Source: Acutalibacteraceae bacterium
Lineage (GTDB): Bacteria; Bacillota; Clostridia; Oscillospirales; Acutalibacteraceae
Direction: 5' to 3'
DNA length: 64,000 nucleotides
NCBI GenBank assembly: GCA_045637925.1
Contig: JAZUAL010000035.1
Span: 25,390 to 89,389 of the forward strand
Part shown: positions 35,222 through 42,851 of the stretch, in pieces
Layout of the letters: the number at the start of each line of letters is the position of its first letter
Position numbering within the stretch: position 1 is the stretch's first letter
Position numbers and translations under genes: made by a program
Notes under the pieces: generated by a model
What the model was told of the DNA's origin: nothing
Seen by the model: only the letters and a program-made list of their open reading frames with translations
Database searches by the model: none

Positions 35222-35636
35222 CGGACCTAATATTAATATGCTAGGTATCAGAGAACCCGATATTTACGGAGCTGATAATTATAAAAAACTGTGCTTTAAT
35301 ATTAAAGAATATTCAAAGAAAAAAGGCTTTAAAGTAAAGCTTTATCAATCAAACCACGAGGGTGATTTGGTAGACAAAATTCAAGCCGCATACAATGTTT
35401 TTGATGGTATCGTTATTAATCCCGCTGCACATACTCACACAAGTATAGCACTGCTTGATGCCATAAAGGCTGTGGGTATACCTACGGTTGAGGTGCATAT
35501 TTCAGATGTGAGCGCACGCGAGGATTTTAGACAAATAAGCTATGTGAGAGAGGCCTGTGTTAATACCATCAGCGGTCATGGAATTAAGGGCTATATAGAG
35601 GCAATAGATTTTTTGCTAGAGAATTACGGTGAGTAA
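35202..35636 (+). CDS. aroQ: type II 3-dehydroquinate dehydratase
   Basis: 144 aa, with [42 protein letters not shown] and VEVHISD. Confidence 0.95.
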   Translation: [144 protein letters not shown]

Positions 35637-35639
35637 ATA

Positions 35640-36845
35640 ATGACGGTTAAATTTGAAAAAAGTATCGCTTCCGGAAGAGTGAAATCGCCACCGTCTAAAA
35701 GTATGGCGCATAGATATCTAATTTGCGGTGCACTGTCTGGCGGTAGCGTTATAAAAGGAATAGACTATTCTGAGGATATCATGGCAACCCTTAAGTGTCT
35801 CAAAGCCTTGGGTGCTGATATCGAATTAAATAAAAATACTGTTAACATCGGCGGAATTGATTTTGAAAAGGGAATAAGTGGTTCGAAGCTTTTTGCTAAC
35901 GAAAGCGGTAGTACGCTTAGGTTTTTAATTCCTTTATGCCTTATCTTTGAAAAACAAATTACCATTTGCGGTAGCGAAAGACTTTTTAGCCGTTCACTTT
36001 CGGTTTATGAGGAGATTTGCAAGTCTCAAGGACTTGAATTTATAAAAACTGCTAACAGTGTAACCATAAAAGGCAAACTGCAAAGTGGCAAATATTTAGT
36101 CCGCGGTGATATTTCAAGTCAGTTTATAAGTGGGCTTATGTTTGCATTGTCAAAGCTTCAAGATGATAGCTTAATAGAAATTGAGGGCACTATAGAAAGT
36201 GGCTCTTACCTTAATCTTACGATTAAAGCTTTGGCAGATTTTGGGGTGAGAATTAGCCGAATTGACGAGCGTACTATATATGTTAAAGGAAATCAAACCT
36301 ATAAAAAACGTGAAATATCGGTTGATGGAGATTACTCTAACTCTGCGTTTTTAGAAGCTTTTAATCTTTTAGGTGGCAATGTGATGGTAAAAGGCTTGAG
36401 TGCAAAAAGTGTTCAGGGAGATATGGTTTACCGCGATATATTTAAAAAGCTAAGTGCCGGTTGTCCCACATTGGATATGTCTGACTGTCCAGACCTGGCA
36501 CCGATAATTATGGCACTGGCTGCCGCTAAAAACGGTGCCGTGCTTACAGGCACAAATAGGCTTAAAATTAAAGAAAGTGACCGTGGTGAAGCAATGAAGG
36601 CTGAGCTTGAAAAAATGGGCGCTAAGGTTTTGGTAGAGGATAATAAAATCACGGTTAAAAAGGCAAAATTGCATTTGCCTGAAAGACCTGTCTTTAGTCA
36701 CAACGACCACCGCATAGTTATGGCGATGTCGGTGCTTTTAAGTGTCACGGGCGGAGAAATTATAGGAGCTGAAGCGGTGGCAAAGAGTTATCCTAAATTT
36801 TTTGATGACATTTTATCTTTGGGTGTGAATGTTAGGGAGATATAA
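35640..36845 (+). CDS. aroA: 3-phosphoshikimate 1-carboxyvinyltransferase (EPSP synthase)
   Basis: 401 aa, with PPSKSMAHRYLI, GSTLRFL, DISSQFISGLMFA, ESDR and DHRIVMA. Confidence 0.93.
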   Translation: MTVKFEKSIASGRVKSPPSKSMAHRYLICGALSGGSVIKGIDYSEDIMATLKCLKALGADIELNKNTVNIGGIDFEKGISGSKLFANESGSTLRFLIPLCLIFEKQITICGSERLFSRSLSVYEEICKSQGLEFIKTANSVTIKGKLQSGKYLVRGDISSQFISGLMFALSKLQDDSLIEIEGTIESGSYLNLTIKALADFGVRISRIDERTIYVKGNQTYKKREISVDGDYSNSAFLEAFNLLGGNVMVKGLSAKSVQGDMVYRDIFKKLSAGCPTLDMSDCPDLAPIIMALAAAKNGAVLTGTNRLKIKESDRGEAMKAELEKMGAKVLVEDNKITVKKAKLHLPERPVFSHNDHRIVMAMSVLLSVTGGEIIGAEAVAKSYPKFFDDILSLGVNVREI

Positions 36846-37709
36846 ATGAGACTTATTAAAAATATAAATATTTTAATTGTGGGCTTAGGTCTTTTGGGTG
36901 GTAGCTATGCTAAAGGCCTTAAAAAATTAGGCTTTACGGTCAATGCTATTACTAAGGACAGATTTTCTATTGATTATGCAATGGAAAACGGTATCATAGA
37001 TTTTGGCACAACCGATGTAAATCCCGAGCTTGTGGGCAACGCTGATATAGTTGTGTTTGCACTTTACCCTCATGTTTTCATAGAGTGGATAAAGGTAAAT
37101 CAAAGGTATTTTAAGCGCGGTGCTGTTATCACTGATGTTACGGGTGTTAAGGGCTGTGTTGTGCGTGAAATCCAGTCGATTTTAAGAGACGATGTTGAAT
37201 ATATTGCTGCACACCCAATGGCAGGTAAAGAGGTGTCGGGTGTTGTAAACAGTGATGATGCTATTTTTAAGGGTGCTAACTATATTGTGGTGCCTACAGA
37301 GAAAAACACACCAGATGCTATTGAGCTTTGTAGAAACTTAGGTGAAATTTTAGGTTTCAAACAGGTAGCAGAGCTTAGTGTTGAAGAACATGACCGAATG
37401 ATAGCATTTTTGTCACAGCTTACTCACTGTATTGCGGTTTCGCTTATGTGCTGTAATCAAACCGAGGGACTCGAAAGTTATACCGGTGACTCTTTCCGTG
37501 ACTTAACTCGAATTGCTCGTATTAACGATGAAATGTGGAGTGAGCTTTTTTTAAGCAATAAAAAACCGCTTCTGGAGGAAATGGAGCGTTTTAGACACTC
37601 TTTTGATGAGTTATATGAAAAGATTAAAAATGACGACCGTGACGGTATGCGCGAAATGATGCGCACCTCAACCGAACGTCGTAAGCTATTTGACAAAAGG
37701 GATAAATGA
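36846..37709 (+). CDS. tyrA: prephenate dehydrogenase
   Basis: 287 aa, with Rossmann IVGLGLLGGSYAKGL, DVTGVK, AHPMAG and HDRMIAFLSQLTH. Confidence 0.9.
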   Translation: MRLIKNINILIVGLGLLGGSYAKGLKKLGFTVNAITKDRFSIDYAMENGIIDFGTTDVNPELVGNADIVVFALYPHVFIEWIKVNQRYFKRGAVITDVTGVKGCVVREIQSILRDDVEYIAAHPMAGKEVSGVVNSDDAIFKGANYIVVPTEKNTPDAIELCRNLGEILGFKQVAELSVEEHDRMIAFLSQLTHCIAVSLMCCNQTEGLESYTGDSFRDLTRIARINDEMWSELFLSNKKPLLEEMERFRHSFDELYEKIKNDDRDGMREMMRTSTERRKLFDKRDK

Positions 37710-37721
37710 TAGGTGAATGTT

Positions 37722-38753
37722 ATGAATTTAGTGTTTAAAAGGAAATTACCTATACCAAAGCAGATAAAAACGCGCTATCCCTTAACACCTGAACTAGAAA
37801 AGCAAAGGGACGAGCGCGCAAAAGAGCTTGCAAATATTTTTTCGGGCAAAAGTGATAAGTTTGTACTTATAATAGGTCCTTGTTCGGCTGATAACAAGGA
37901 AGCGGTGCTAGAATACATTGGCAGACTTCGTACAGTTCAGGATGAGGTGAAGGATAAAATCTTTATCGTTCCCCGCATTTACACAAACAAACCTCGTACA
38001 TCAGGTGACGGCTATAAAGGAATGCTTCATCAACCCGACCCTGATGTTAATCCCGACATGTTAAAGGGAATAGTGGCTATAAGAGATTTGCATATGGCGG
38101 CTTTAAAAGATTACGGTTTTACCTGTGCAGATGAAATGCTTTATCCCGATAATTACCGTTATCTTTCCGATATTTTAGCTTATGTAGCGGTTGGCGCACG
38201 TTCGGTAGAAAATCAACAGCATCGACTTACTGCAAGCGGTATTGAAGTGCCTGTTGGTATGAAAAATCCAACAAGCGGTGACCTTTCAATTATGATGAAT
38301 TCTATCACTGCCGCACAGCATAAGCATACTTTTATTTACAGAGGTTGGGAAGTAACAAGTGCAGGAAACCCTTATGCACACGCTATTATGCGCGGTTATA
38401 TTGATTACGCAGGAAAAAATGTTTCGAATTATCATTATGAAGATCTTGCAAAGCTTTCTGAAATTTACGCTGAGACAGGACTTTTGAACCCTTCTGCAAT
38501 AGTTGATACAAACCATGCGAATTCGGGCAAAAAATATCTTGAGCAGATAAGAATTGCCAAGGATGTTATATATAGCTGCAACCATAATAAAGATATACGA
38601 AATCTCGTAAAGGGTCTTATGATAGAAAGCTATATTGAAGATGGCGCACAGAAGATTGGTGAACATATATACGGCAAGTCGATTACCGACCCATGTCTTG
38701 GTTGGGAGAAGAGTAAAGAACTTATTTATACTATTGCAGATACATTAAAGTGA
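37722..38753 (+). CDS. 3-deoxy-7-phosphoheptulonate (DAHP) synthase, class I alpha (AroF/G/H-like)
   Basis: It aligns along its length with E. coli AroG motifs: IIGPCS, PRIYTNKPRT, GARSVENQQHR, PVGMKNPTSG, DTNHANS and YGKSITDPCLGWE. The start is taken at ATG 37722 (AGGTGA SD) rather than the track GTG at 37713. Confidence 0.88.
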   Translation: MNLVFKRKLPIPKQIKTRYPLTPELEKQRDERAKELANIFSGKSDKFVLIIGPCSADNKEAVLEYIGRLRTVQDEVKDKIFIVPRIYTNKPRTSGDGYKGMLHQPDPDVNPDMLKGIVAIRDLHMAALKDYGFTCADEMLYPDNYRYLSDILAYVAVGARSVENQQHRLTASGIEVPVGMKNPTSGDLSIMMNSITAAQHKHTFIYRGWEVTSAGNPYAHAIMRGYIDYAGKNVSNYHYEDLAKLSEIYAETGLLNPSAIVDTNHANSGKKYLEQIRIAKDVIYSCNHNKDIRNLVKGLMIESYIEDGAQKIGEHIYGKSITDPCLGWEKSKELIYTIADTLK

Positions 38754-38765
38754 TTTGTAAATTAG

Positions 38766-38812
38766 AAATAGGGATTGTTTGTTTTTTGAGCAATCTCTAT
38801 TTTTGTTTTTTT
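38766..38812 (+). terminator. intrinsic terminator ending the aromatic operon
   Basis: A 12-bp stem: AAATAGGGATTG (38766-38777) pairs with CAATCTCTATTT (38791-38802), with one G.U pair. The tail is TTGTTTTTTT. Confidence 0.75.
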
Positions 38813-38872
38813 ACCTAAAATATCAGATTTTGATATTAAAAATATATTTTTTAAATTTTTTTCAAAAAACAC

Positions 38873-38901
38873 TTTACAACTTTATCTTAATAAAGTATAA
38901 T
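38873..38901 (+). promoter_or_regulatory. promoter candidate for the amino-acid ABC importer operon
   Basis: TTTACA (38873-38878), 17 nt, TATAAT (38896-38901). Confidence 0.55.
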
Positions 38902-38935
38902 TACAGTATAATAAAAAATGAAGGGGTTAATCTAA

Positions 38936-39721
38936 ATGAAAAAGTTATTAGCAATTATTTTATGTCTTGCAATGGTATTTGCTTTTGTAGGATGCGGCAA
39001 CGCAAAAATCGTTGTTGCGGAGAAGGAATCAGCAGGTGAGGCTGTTGCAACCACAGAGGAAGCTTTCAAGGAATATGAGTATACCGCTGTTGATACTCAG
39101 GCAAAGGCTCTTATGGAAGTAAGCGCAGGTACCGCAGATGCTGCTGTTGTTGACTATGTTATGTCAATCGGCTCTATCGGTGAGGGCACCGATTATGCTG
39201 ACCTCGTTGTTGAGGGTGAGGGTTATTCTGAAGAAGAATACGGTATCGCTTTCAGAAAGGGCTCTGACCTTGTTAATAAGGTAAATCAAATTATTCTAGA
39301 GCTTAAGTCTGAGGGTAAGCTTAATACAATTGCTTCAAGCTACAAGCTTCAGAATATAATCACTGCTGACAAAACTGTTACACCTTTTGTTGAGGATAGT
39401 GAAAATTCTGATTATAGGTATGTTATGGATAAGGGCGAGCTTGTTATTGGTATTACATATTTTGCACCTATGAACTATCTTGACGATGAGGGTAATTTAG
39501 TAGGCTTTGAAACCGAATTTGCGAAGGCTGTTTGCGAGAAGCTTGGTGTTAAGGCTAAATTCCAGGAAATCAGCTGGTCTGCTAAGGAAACCGAGCTTGC
39601 TGCTAAGAATATTGACTGTATCTGGAACGGTATGACAATTACACCTGAAAGAGAAGAAAATATGGCTATCTCTGTTCCTTACATGGCTAATAAGCAGGTT
39701 AAGATTGTAAAATCCAAATAA
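38936..39721 (+). CDS. amino-acid ABC transporter substrate-binding lipoprotein (SBP_bac_3-like) with swapped half order
   Basis: The lipobox is LAMVFAFVGCG. Residues ~24-140 resemble the C-terminal half of GlnH-type binding proteins (ADAAVVDYV...EEYGIAFRKGSDLVNKVNQIILELKSEGKLNTI). Residues ~165-261 resemble the N-terminal half (LVIGITYFAPMNYLDDEGNLVGFETEFAKAVCEKLGVKAKFQEISW...IDCIWNGMTITPERE). Confidence 0.8.
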   Translation: MKKLLAIILCLAMVFAFVGCGNAKIVVAEKESAGEAVATTEEAFKEYEYTAVDTQAKALMEVSAGTADAAVVDYVMSIGSIGEGTDYADLVVEGEGYSEEEYGIAFRKGSDLVNKVNQIILELKSEGKLNTIASSYKLQNIITADKTVTPFVEDSENSDYRYVMDKGELVIGITYFAPMNYLDDEGNLVGFETEFAKAVCEKLGVKAKFQEISWSAKETELAAKNIDCIWNGMTITPEREENMAISVPYMANKQVKIVKSK

Positions 39722-39741
39722 TTTAAGAGGTTAAATTTATA

Positions 39742-40386
39742 ATGTCTTTTCAGCAGGTTAGTATAAGTCTTGCTGCGGGATTTTTGGAAAATTGCAGGTT
39801 GTTTCTCGAAACCCTGCTTTTTTCTATTCCGTTGGGACTTCTTATAAGCTTCGGCTCAATGTCTAAATTCAAGCCTTTGAGCTTTTTGGTTAAGGTGTTC
39901 GTTTGGTGTATACGAGGCACGCCGTTAATGCTACAGCTTTTTGTTATTTTCTATGTGCCCGGTCTTGTTTTCGGTATTCCGATGCGCAACAGAATGTTAG
40001 CTGCTCTTATTGCTTTTGTTATAAATTACGCTTGCTATTTTTCTGAAATCTTCCGTGGCGGAATTGAAAGCATACCAAAGGGACAATATGAGGCGGGACA
40101 GGTTTTAGGACTTACAAAGAAACAGATATTTTTTAAAATTGTTCTGCTACAGGTAATTAAGAGAATAGTACCGCCTATGAGTAACGAAATCATTACACTT
40201 GTTAAGGATACCTCTCTTGCGCGTGTTATAGCGGTTGCTGAAATTCTTATGGCGGCTGAGCGCTTTGCGGGCAAGGGAATTATTTGGCCTTTATTCTATA
40301 CAGGTGTGTATTTCCTTATTTTCTGTGGTGTGCTGACCGTTTTGTTCGGCTACATTGAAAAGAAGCTCGATTATTTTAAATCTTAG
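39742..40386 (+). CDS. amino-acid ABC transporter permease (HisMQ/GlnP family)
   Basis: The 214-aa protein has 5 TM segments and the EAA-type loop EIFRGGIESIPKGQYEAGQVLGLTKKQ. Confidence 0.88.
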   Translation: MSFQQVSISLAAGFLENCRLFLETLLFSIPLGLLISFGSMSKFKPLSFLVKVFVWCIRGTPLMLQLFVIFYVPGLVFGIPMRNRMLAALIAFVINYACYFSEIFRGGIESIPKGQYEAGQVLGLTKKQIFFKIVLLQVIKRIVPPMSNEIITLVKDTSLARVIAVAEILMAAERFAGKGIIWPLFYTGVYFLIFCGVLTVLFGYIEKKLDYFKS

Positions 40387-40401
40387 AAAGGGGAAGGCTT
40401 T

Positions 40402-41163
40402 ATGTCTGTATTAGAGGTTAACAACATAAAGAAAAGCTTCGGTAAATTAGAAGTTTTAAAGGGTATAAGCTTTTCTCTTGAAAAGGGCGAGGTTTTGTCG
40501 ATTATCGGCTCCTCCGGTAGCGGTAAAACTACCTTACTTCGTTGCATAAATTTTTTAGAATTTGCTGATGAGGGTACTATTTCTGTAAATGGTAAGCAGA
40601 TTTTTGACGGCGGTGCGGTTAAAAGTCTCAGTGATAATGAAATCAGAGAAAACAGACTACATTTTGGTTTAGTTTTTCAGCAGTTTAACCTTTTTCCACA
40701 GTATACCGTGCTCAATAACATAACCTTGGCACCAACACTGTTGAACAGAGGAAGTGCCGAGGAAATTGAGAAAAAAGCGCGAATGCTAATAAACAGGGTG
40801 GGACTTTCTGATAAAATAGACCAATATCCCTGTCAACTTTCGGGTGGTCAGCAGCAGCGTGTAGCTATTGCAAGAGCACTGGCGCTAGAGCCTGATATAC
40901 TCTGTTTTGACGAGCCAACATCGGCACTTGACCCTGAGCTTACAGGGGAGGTTTTAAGGGTTATACGTGACCTTAAATCTTCTGATAGCACGATGATTGT
41001 TGTAACTCACGAAATGGAGTTTGCACGCAATGTGTCTGATAAGGTTATGTTTATGGCTGACGGTGTGATTGAGGAATTCGGCACACCCGATGAGGTATTC
41101 CAAAATCCGAAATCTCAAAAAACAAAAAGCTTTCTTATGAAGGATATTGAGTTCAATGCATAA
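40402..41163 (+). CDS. amino-acid ABC transporter ATP-binding protein
   Basis: Walker A GSSGSGKTTLLRCIN, Q-loop, signature LSGGQQQRVAIARAL, Walker B ILCFDEPTSALD and H-loop VTHEM are present. Confidence 0.93.
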   Translation: MSVLEVNNIKKSFGKLEVLKGISFSLEKGEVLSIIGSSGSGKTTLLRCINFLEFADEGTISVNGKQIFDGGAVKSLSDNEIRENRLHFGLVFQQFNLFPQYTVLNNITLAPTLLNRGSAEEIEKKARMLINRVGLSDKIDQYPCQLSGGQQQRVAIARALALEPDILCFDEPTSALDPELTGEVLRVIRDLKSSDSTMIVVTHEMEFARNVSDKVMFMADGVIEEFGTPDEVFQNPKSQKTKSFLMKDIEFNA

Positions 41164-41440
41164 TAAAAAAGCAGACCGAAAAATGATTGATGAGCTATAC
41201 GAGCTTATAGTCTCTCTAAAAAACAAAGAGGATTGCGAAAAGCTATTCAGTGATTTGTGCACAAAAAAAGAAATAGAGCAGATGGCACAAAGAATAAAGG
41301 CAGCTAGATTGTTGCTTGAAGGTAATACCTATCAGCAGGTGACAGAGCAGTGTGATATTTCATCTGCAACGTTAAGTCGCGTATCGCGCTGTGTTCAGTA
41401 TGGAAGCGGCTATAATGAGTTTTTAAAAAGTAATTTATAA
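41156..41440 (+). CDS. YerC/YecD family TrpR-related protein
   Basis: LYELIVSLKNKEDCEKLFSDLCTKKEIEQMAQRIKAARLLLEGNTYQQVTEQCDISSATLSRVSRCVQYGSGY matches the YerC/TrpR-like fold signature. The start is taken at ATG 41156, overlapping the ABC ATPase stop. Confidence 0.8.
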   Translation: MHNKKADRKMIDELYELIVSLKNKEDCEKLFSDLCTKKEIEQMAQRIKAARLLLEGNTYQQVTEQCDISSATLSRVSRCVQYGSGYNEFLKSNL

Positions 41441-41447
41441 AAAAAGC

Positions 41448-41475
41448 TTGACATTTTACCAAAATGGTATATAAT
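41448..41475 (+). promoter_or_regulatory. infC-rpmI-rplT promoter candidate
   Basis: TTGACA (41448-41453), 16 nt, TATAAT (41470-41475). Confidence 0.55.
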
Positions 41476-41635
41476 AGTAAGCACAATGAAGCAGTACGCT
41501 ATGCGTCCTCACCCTCAAACGAACGAGTTAAAGGGTTAATAAGATTTCGTTTAATGTTTATTTTACGGTATTCTTATGCGTGGGCGTTATTGCGTCCACG
41601 CTTTTGTTTTAGCTAAATTTTGGAGGTGTGTCAAC
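41476..41635 (+). promoter_or_regulatory. infC operon 5' leader (L20-leader-type attenuator region)
   Basis: A leader of about 155 nt lies between the promoter and infC and contains an intrinsic terminator. Position and layout match the L20-controlled leader of the Bacillus infC operon. The specific L20-binding mimic was not verified by eye. Confidence 0.5.
41578..41610 (+). terminator. leader terminator upstream of infC
   Basis: GCGTGGGCG (41578-41586) pairs with GCGTCCACGC (41592-41601). The tail is TTTTGTTTT, 25 nt before the infC start. Confidence 0.7.
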
Positions 41636-42154
41636 ATTAGCAGTAAAGAACTTGCCATAAACGAAAATATTAAATTCAAGGAAGTTCGCACAATTTCCGC
41701 CGATGGTTCACAGCTTGGCATTATTTCTGTTGCTGAGGCTTTGGAGGCAGCTTATGCTGCAGATTTGGATTTGGTCTGTATTTCACCAAACGCACAGCCG
41801 CCTGTTTGCAAAATAATGGATTACGGTAAGTACCGTTTTGAACAGGCAAAACGAGAGAAGGAAGCTAAGAAGAACCAAAAGGTTATGGATGTTAAAGAAG
41901 TTCGTCTTGGACTTAGTATTGATGTTCATGATTTTGAAACCAAAGGCAAGCACGCTATCCGCTTTTTACAGGATGGCGACAAGGTTAAAGTTTCAATCCG
42001 TTTTAGAGGCCGTGAACTCGGTCATCCCGAAATCGGTCTTGATACTATGAACCGCTTTGCAGAGTTCTGTAAGGACTATTGTTCTGTAGAAAAGCCTGCT
42101 AAGATGGAGGGACGTAATATGCTTATGTTCCTTGCTCCGAAATCGAGCAAATAA
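41636..42154 (+). CDS. infC: translation initiation factor IF-3 with a non-canonical ATT start codon
   Basis: The GGAGGTG SD is followed 7 nt later by ATT (41636). The protein begins ISSKELAINENIKFKEVRTISADGSQLGI, which is the typical IF-3 N-terminus. The track ATG at 41576 lies inside the leader terminator. Confidence 0.88.
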   Translation: MSSKELAINENIKFKEVRTISADGSQLGIISVAEALEAAYAADLDLVCISPNAQPPVCKIMDYGKYRFEQAKREKEAKKNQKVMDVKEVRLGLSIDVHDFETKGKHAIRFLQDGDKVKVSIRFRGRELGHPEIGLDTMNRFAEFCKDYCSVEKPAKMEGRNMLMFLAPKSSK

Positions 42155-42185
42155 TTGTTGTAAAAAAACATAGGGAGGACTTACA

Positions 42186-42383
42186 ATGCCTAAGATTAAA
42201 ACACACAGTGGCGCTAAGAAACGCTTTAAGCTGACCAAAACCGGTAAGGTAAAGAGAGCTCATGCTTTCAAGTCACACATTCTCAACAAGAAAACCACAA
42301 AGCGCAAGAGAAATCTTCGCAAGACCGTAACTGCTGATGTAACAAATGTAGCAGCAATAAAGAAAATGATTCCTTATAAATAA
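42186..42383 (+). CDS. rpmI: 50S ribosomal protein L35
   Basis: 65 aa: [33 protein letters not shown]. Confidence 0.97.
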   Translation: MPKIKTHSGAKKRFKLTKTGKVKRAHAFKSHILNKKTTKRKRNLRKTVTADVTNVAAIKKMIPYK

Positions 42384-42412
42384 GGACAACTTGAAAGTGG
42401 AGGTAAACACAA

Positions 42413-42772
42413 ATGGCACGTGTTAAAGGTGCGTTAGCAACACGCAAAAGAAGAAAAAAGATATTAAAGCTTGCTAAAGGCTATTTTGGTGCTAAATCCA
42501 AGCTTTTTAAAACCGCGAAAGAAGCCGTAATGAAATCCGGCAACTATGCTTATGTTGGTCGTAGACTTAAGAAGCGTGATTTCCGTCGTCTTTGGATTAC
42601 ACGTATTTCTGCCGCTTGCAAAATGAATGATATTAACTATTCTTCATTTATGAATGGTCTTAATAAGGCAGGAGTTCAGATTAACCGTAAAATGTTGGCT
42701 GATTTAGCTGTTAACGATGCAGCAGGCTTTGCTACACTCGTTAAGGCTGCTAAGAAAGCGCTCGAAAAATAA
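42413..42772 (+). CDS. rplT: 50S ribosomal protein L20
   Basis: 119 aa: [42 protein letters not shown]...[11 protein letters not shown]. Confidence 0.97.
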   Translation: MARVKGALATRKRRKKILKLAKGYFGAKSKLFKTAKEAVMKSGNYAYVGRRLKKRDFRRLWITRISAACKMNDINYSSFMNGLNKAGVQINRKMLADLAVNDAAGFATLVKAAKKALEK

Positions 42773-42779
42773 TTTTTTC

Positions 42780-42817
42780 TCGCCAGAGAGCTATCTCTGG
42801 CGACTTTTTCATTTTTT
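42780..42817 (+). terminator. intrinsic terminator after rplT
   Basis: TCGCCAGAG (42780-42788) pairs with CTCTGGCGA (42795-42803). The tail is CTTTTTCATTTTTT. Confidence 0.85.
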
Positions 42818-42851
42818 AATAATATTATTTTTGTGAATTGGAGGGTTATTT

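Noticed and set aside
38779-39039. An 86-aa plus-strand ORF (MFFEQSLFLFFYLKYQ...).
   Set aside because: It starts inside the operon terminator, runs through the AT-rich promoter region and overlaps the lipoprotein gene out of frame. It is a low-complexity AT-driven translation.
41576-41635. The ATG at 41576 as the infC start, as in the ORF track.
   Set aside because: It would translate the leader terminator hairpin and add a non-conserved 20-aa extension. A GGAGGTG SD is correctly spaced for the ATT at 41636 instead.
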